A DNA stretch of 28,428 nt from a virus (taxonomy: Duplodnaviria > Caudoviricetes), in the IMG/VR virus record IMGVR_UViG_3300037479_000623, positions 1 to 28,428 of that record; one strand, written 5' to 3'. The notes under the pieces were generated by a model. It searched no databases. It saw only the letters and a program-made list of their open reading frames with translations, and was not told the origin of the DNA. A program made the translations under genes and the position numbers. Numbering within the stretch: position 1 is the first letter of the stretch; each line of letters begins with the position of its first letter. Below, piece by piece: positions 25,080 through 28,428 of the stretch.

Positions 25080-25343
25080 CTACTGTCGCTGCCGCTCGCG
25101 CGCGGCAAGCTGGGCGTCTGCCAGCTTGCCCGTCTCCAGCACGGCGGTCAGATGCGCGCGCAGGCGCCCGAGCAGCTTCAGCATCGACCACAGCCGCTCG
25201 CGCTCGGCCGTGGCGTCGTCGGCCGTCGCGGCCCAGGCCTCGCGGAGCGCTGCGTCCACGGTCGCAAACGCCTCCTGCAACAGCGAGTCGTCGAGCAGGC
25301 GCCGCGCCTGCTCGCCGCGCCGCGACTCCTCTTCCAAGGTCAT
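25080..25343 (-). CDS. Conserved small phage protein following portal
   Basis: ATGA overlap with the portal stop. RGEQARRLL...L.EAF, ERERLW, ETGKLA. Confidence 0.8.
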   Translation of the reverse strand: MTLEEESRRGEQARRLLDDSLLQEAFATVDAALREAWAATADDATAERERLWSMLKLLGRLRAHLTAVLETGKLADAQLAARERQRQ

Positions 25344-27328
25344 GCCAGCCCCGCCTGCCGCGCCTTGAGGGCGAGCGCGTCACGCTTGTGGGCGACGTCG
25401 GCGGCGAGCTTGGCCTGGTCGAAGGCTAGGCCGGCGGCCGCGCGCTGGCGGTCGAAGGCGAGGCGCGCGGCGCTCAGCTGTGCCTGCTGCTGAATGGCGA
25501 CGAGCGTGGGATCCGGCGGCGGCGGTGCCGGTGGGGCGACCGGGTGCTGGGCGGGGTCCGTGAAGTAGGAGTCGGCCGACTTGAGGCCGGCGTTCTCCAC
25601 CATCCGGGCCAACGTGTTGTAGACGTTCTCGAGCCGGACGAGCGGGCCGTCGACGCCGCCCTGCATCCGGATCGCCTGCACCTGGATCTCCAGCAAGCTG
25701 CGCAGATGCATGAGCATCTGGTCCTTGTTGCCCGTGCCGAGGCCGACGGCGATGGAGACGTCCATCTGCGTCGACCACGCGCGCGGGTCCATGGGAATCC
25801 AGCGGTTGCGCAGGCGGATGATGCGCGGCGCGTTCTGATGGCGGTTCACGAGCTCGAGTATCTTGCGGAAGAGGTCCTTGACCCCCGTCTCCGCGAACAC
25901 GCGGGCGATCAGCTCCACCCGCTGCTGCGCGGCGGTCATGATCTGGTTGATGCCCGTAGCCGTCTTGTTGAGGCTGTCGGCATCGAGGCCCTGCATGTAG
26001 CGGCTCACGCCGGTCCGGCTTTCGCGCACGCCGTCGAGATACTCCAGCACCGGGAAGGCCTGGGCGGCGACCAGCGGCGTATCGAGCGGTAGGATGTGCC
26101 CCTGGCCCGGCAGCGCGCCGTTCTTCAGCCGCACGATGCCGCCCGGCCGCGCCGTCATCATGTCGTCGAGGTTGACCTGATCGCTGATGATGTGGCGGCC
26201 GTTGTTGCTGAGATAGAGATTGTCGAGGATCTGGCGCAGGATCGTCGATTTGATGAGCTGCAGGTCCATCACCAGGTCGGCGATCGACAGGCCGAAGAAG
26301 CGGTGCGGCATGATGATGGGGGTGAGGGAGACGAACGGCAGCGGCCCGTCCCACGGCTCGTTGTCGAGGATCTCCGGGCCGCTGCCGGCGACCGTCACCT
26401 TGCGACGTTCGGCGATGCCGTCGCCGTCCCAGTCGCAGCGGATGTAGCACTCGGTGATCCAGACCTCGCGCATGGCGCGGTTCGGCCCATCGGCGGCAGT
26501 GCGATCGTTGTCCTCGATGTTGAAGCGCTCGCGGCGCTCGCCCGTTGGGTCGTCGTCCTCAGCGCCGGGCAGGCGTTCGATCAGGCTGCGGTCATAGCCC
26601 ATCTCGATCAGTTCCGAGACGGTCTTCCGCAGCCGATGGGCGACAAAGGGCGCATCCTCGATCGAGCGCGCGCGCCGCGAGATCAGAAACTCCTCCGGCG
26701 GCACGGTCATGATGCGGACGGCGCCGCTGCGCCGCCGTCGCTTGACCACGATGTCGTGATAGGTCACCGCCGCCTCGGCCGGCAGGCCGTTCGGCCCGCT
26801 GACGACCCCGATGTCCTGATATTCGCGGTGGGCGATCGGCTCGACCTCCGGATCGGCCAGGATGAGCTGTAGCTCCTCGAAGGTCTTGCGCGTGTAGCTC
26901 TCGCGGGCGGCCGTTTCGCCTTCCTCCCACCAGAGCTTGGCGATGCCGTTCTTCTGCAGCAGCGCGTCCTTGAACAGCGTATAGAGGATGAGGAATCCCG
27001 GATTGTCGCGGGTGAATATCCAGTTGACGTATTCCGTCGCCTGCTTGGCCACCTCCTCGTCCTCCGGCCCGGCTGGCTCGAAGCGGACGACCTCGTCGCC
27101 GGCGGTGAATATCTTGAGCAGTCCCGGGAGGATCCACTCGATGGTGTCCGCGACCTCCGTCGAGACCACCTTCGAGCGCCCCTCCACCTCGTTGCCGAAG
27201 GGTTCGCCGAGGTAGTAGCGCAGCGCCTTGCGCCGCTGCTCGCTGAGCTCGCCGCCGAGATGCGCGAGCGAGTCGGCGATTTCGGTCGCCAGGATGGACT
27301 TGAGTTCGGACTCTGTCATGTCTGTCAT
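25340..27328 (-). CDS. Portal protein
   Basis: YYLGEPFGNEVEGRSKVVSTEVADTIEWILP, FKDALLQKNGIAK, VPPEEFLI, PHRFFG.S, IARVFAETG. AGAGGA RBS before ATG 27328. Confidence 0.95.
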   Translation of the reverse strand: MTDMTESELKSILATEIADSLAHLGGELSEQRRKALRYYLGEPFGNEVEGRSKVVSTEVADTIEWILPGLLKIFTAGDEVVRFEPAGPEDEEVAKQATEYVNWIFTRDNPGFLILYTLFKDALLQKNGIAKLWWEEGETAARESYTRKTFEELQLILADPEVEPIAHREYQDIGVVSGPNGLPAEAAVTYHDIVVKRRRRSGAVRIMTVPPEEFLISRRARSIEDAPFVAHRLRKTVSELIEMGYDRSLIERLPGAEDDDPTGERRERFNIEDNDRTAADGPNRAMREVWITECYIRCDWDGDGIAERRKVTVAGSGPEILDNEPWDGPLPFVSLTPIIMPHRFFGLSIADLVMDLQLIKSTILRQILDNLYLSNNGRHIISDQVNLDDMMTARPGGIVRLKNGALPGQGHILPLDTPLVAAQAFPVLEYLDGVRESRTGVSRYMQGLDADSLNKTATGINQIMTAAQQRVELIARVFAETGVKDLFRKILELVNRHQNAPRIIRLRNRWIPMDPRAWSTQMDVSIAVGLGTGNKDQMLMHLRSLLEIQVQAIRMQGGVDGPLVRLENVYNTLARMVENAGLKSADSYFTDPAQHPVAPPAPPPPDPTLVAIQQQAQLSAARLAFDRQRAAAGLAFDQAKLAADVAHKRDALALKARQAGLA

Positions 27329-27361
27329 AGCAATCCTCTTGAACACGCAACGAACTGAACG

Positions 27362-27763
27362 CTACAGCAAGCACTCGACCCGAGGTCGCGGCAGTGCCGA
27401 TGCGCCGCTCGCCCTCCCGGGCGAACGCCTCCGGATGTCGTGACCTGGTCTCGAAGGTCGGACGGAGCCGTGCGGACTCAGTTGGCATCGGCTCGGATCG
27501 AGGACTTCCCGCGCTCGGACTGATCCGCGAGAGGCGGCGTCTCGCAGGATCGAGAGCGCCTGCTCACGGTCCGCAGCATCGGTGGTGCCGAACAGCCACG
27601 CGCGACCGATCTCGTAGGTCTTCTGGGCAACCGGGACCGCGCACCGCCGGTCAGATGCAACTCCAGGAGGAGCGATGTTGGTGCGACGGGTTACCCGCGG
27701 GAACCATGAATCAGAAGGGGCCGCGCGCTCCAGGCACACGACCCCATCACATAATTTTTGCAT
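27362..27763 (-). CDS. Possible small or decayed protein with one Sel1-like repeat
   Basis: YEIGRAWLFG....DREQALSILRDAASRGSVRA. Start uncertain because it overlaps the promoter. Confidence 0.35.
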   Translation of the reverse strand: MQKLCDGVVCLERAAPSDSWFPRVTRRTNIAPPGVASDRRCAVPVAQKTYEIGRAWLFGTTDAADREQALSILRDAASRGSVRAREVLDPSRCQLSPHGSVRPSRPGHDIRRRSPGRASGASALPRPRVECLL

Positions 27764-27793
27764 TCTGGGACATATCGCCTATTTCTGTCAAGA
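27735..27793 (-). promoter_or_regulatory. Late promoter of head module
   Basis: TTGACA (27791-27786), 18-nt spacer, CAGAAT, then ATTATGTGATG. Same spacing as 13715..13773. Confidence 0.72.
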
Positions 27794-27819
27794 ACAATCT
27801 TTGCTTCGGCGAAAAAAAT

Positions 27820-28428
27820 TCACTCGGCCGCTTGCGTAAGGCTCGGGCTCTTGTGCAGGTCCATGCGGCCGAGACGGCCGGCGGCGCGGCCGTAGCAGGC
27901 GACGAGAACGTCGAGGCCGAGGCAGACCGCCGCGAGTTCGGCTTGGTCCGCCCGCCAGGCGGATTTCGGTCGGCGACGGCCTGTGTCGAGAAAGCGCGGC
28001 ATACGCCCGAAGACGGCCAGGTTCTCGGTGGCGTCGCAGATGCGCCGGCCGGCCGCCAGCAAGTGGTTCTTTCCGCGACGAAATAGGGATTCGATCTGGG
28101 CAAGATCCTCCTCCGTCAGGTCATGGCGATCGGCGTAGCCCGCCGCGAGGGCGCCGAACAGATAGCTGCAGTTCACCTGGGTCCGGCCGATCGCCCGTCC
28201 ATAAAGAAATGCGTAGTAGCAGCCGGCTTCATGCTGCTCGCGGCTGACGATCCCGCGGGCCAGCATCACGCCCAGCGGGTATTCGGCCAGCGCCGGATCC
28301 CTGCCCGCCGCGAGCCGCGCGCGATGCGCCTGCAGCTCCGGCGTGCCGCGGTCGACAACCGGCCGGTCGCAATACGGTCGGCCCCGCCGTCCCTGTCCCT
28401 GCCAGCTTTGGTTGCGCTGATCACTCAT
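27820..28428 (-). CDS. DUF6456-like / Q-like late transcription activator or antiterminator
   Basis: PL..MLARG.VS.EQHEAG..Y at the N-side and LGLDVLVACYG at the C-side. Lies directly upstream of the late promoter. Confidence 0.62.
   Translation of the reverse strand: MSDQRNQSWQGQGRRGRPYCDRPVVDRGTPELQAHRARLAAGRDPALAEYPLGVMLARGIVSREQHEAGCYYAFLYGRAIGRTQVNCSYLFGALAAGYADRHDLTEEDLAQIESLFRRGKNHLLAAGRRICDATENLAVFGRMPRFLDTGRRRPKSAWRADQAELAAVCLGLDVLVACYGRAAGRLGRMDLHKSPSLTQAAE

Larger units (their letters stand above)
343..28428 (-). mobile_element. Podovirus-like prophage-derived (GTA-like or toxin-delivering) virion gene cluster
   Basis: Intact co-oriented head, neck, tail and terL genes. Boundaries and mobility genes not visible in the window. 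Confidence 0.75.

Noticed and set aside
27362-27763. Small terminase at the expected position
   Set aside because: No HTH or TerS-like features. Only a Sel1-like fragment is visible.
124-28103. Numerous long Arg/Pro/Ala-rich overlapping or antisense ORFs
   Set aside because: Shadow frames of high-GC coding sequence with no motifs or RBS.
1-28428. Canonical RcGTA cluster, tailocin/eCIS, tRNA or rRNA genes
   Set aside because: No prohead protease, tail tube, sheath, tape measure or baseplate genes, and no RNA-gene signatures seen.

Overview
High-GC window, probably alphaproteobacterial (inferred from gene content and a CGTC-type REP). It holds a nearly complete podovirus-type (P22-like gene order) virion cluster on the minus strand: DUF6456/Q-like activator, portal, scaffold, major capsid, adaptor, appendage genes, tail hub, one ejection protein, tail fibre, then a displaced large terminase. 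No small terminase, integrase, replication genes, holin or large ejection proteins are recognisable in the window. Non-structural cassettes sit between the head genes: a nuclease-like toxin with tandem immunity-like paralogs, a DUF6973-like protein with a convergent membrane protein, an M23 peptidase with a convergent exported protein, and a 481-aa orphan. Key observation: three otherwise unrelated proteins, one missing from the ORF track (309..1, minus), begin with a helix motif (AARRIYEML / AAQKIHRML) that copies the ends of the scaffold protein (AARLIEEML-stop; AARAIEKII). This suggests a domesticated phage-like particle that loads polymorphic effectors into its capsid via a scaffold-mimic tag. 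Two matching late promoters support coordinated control. All family assignments are from motif recognition, not database searches.
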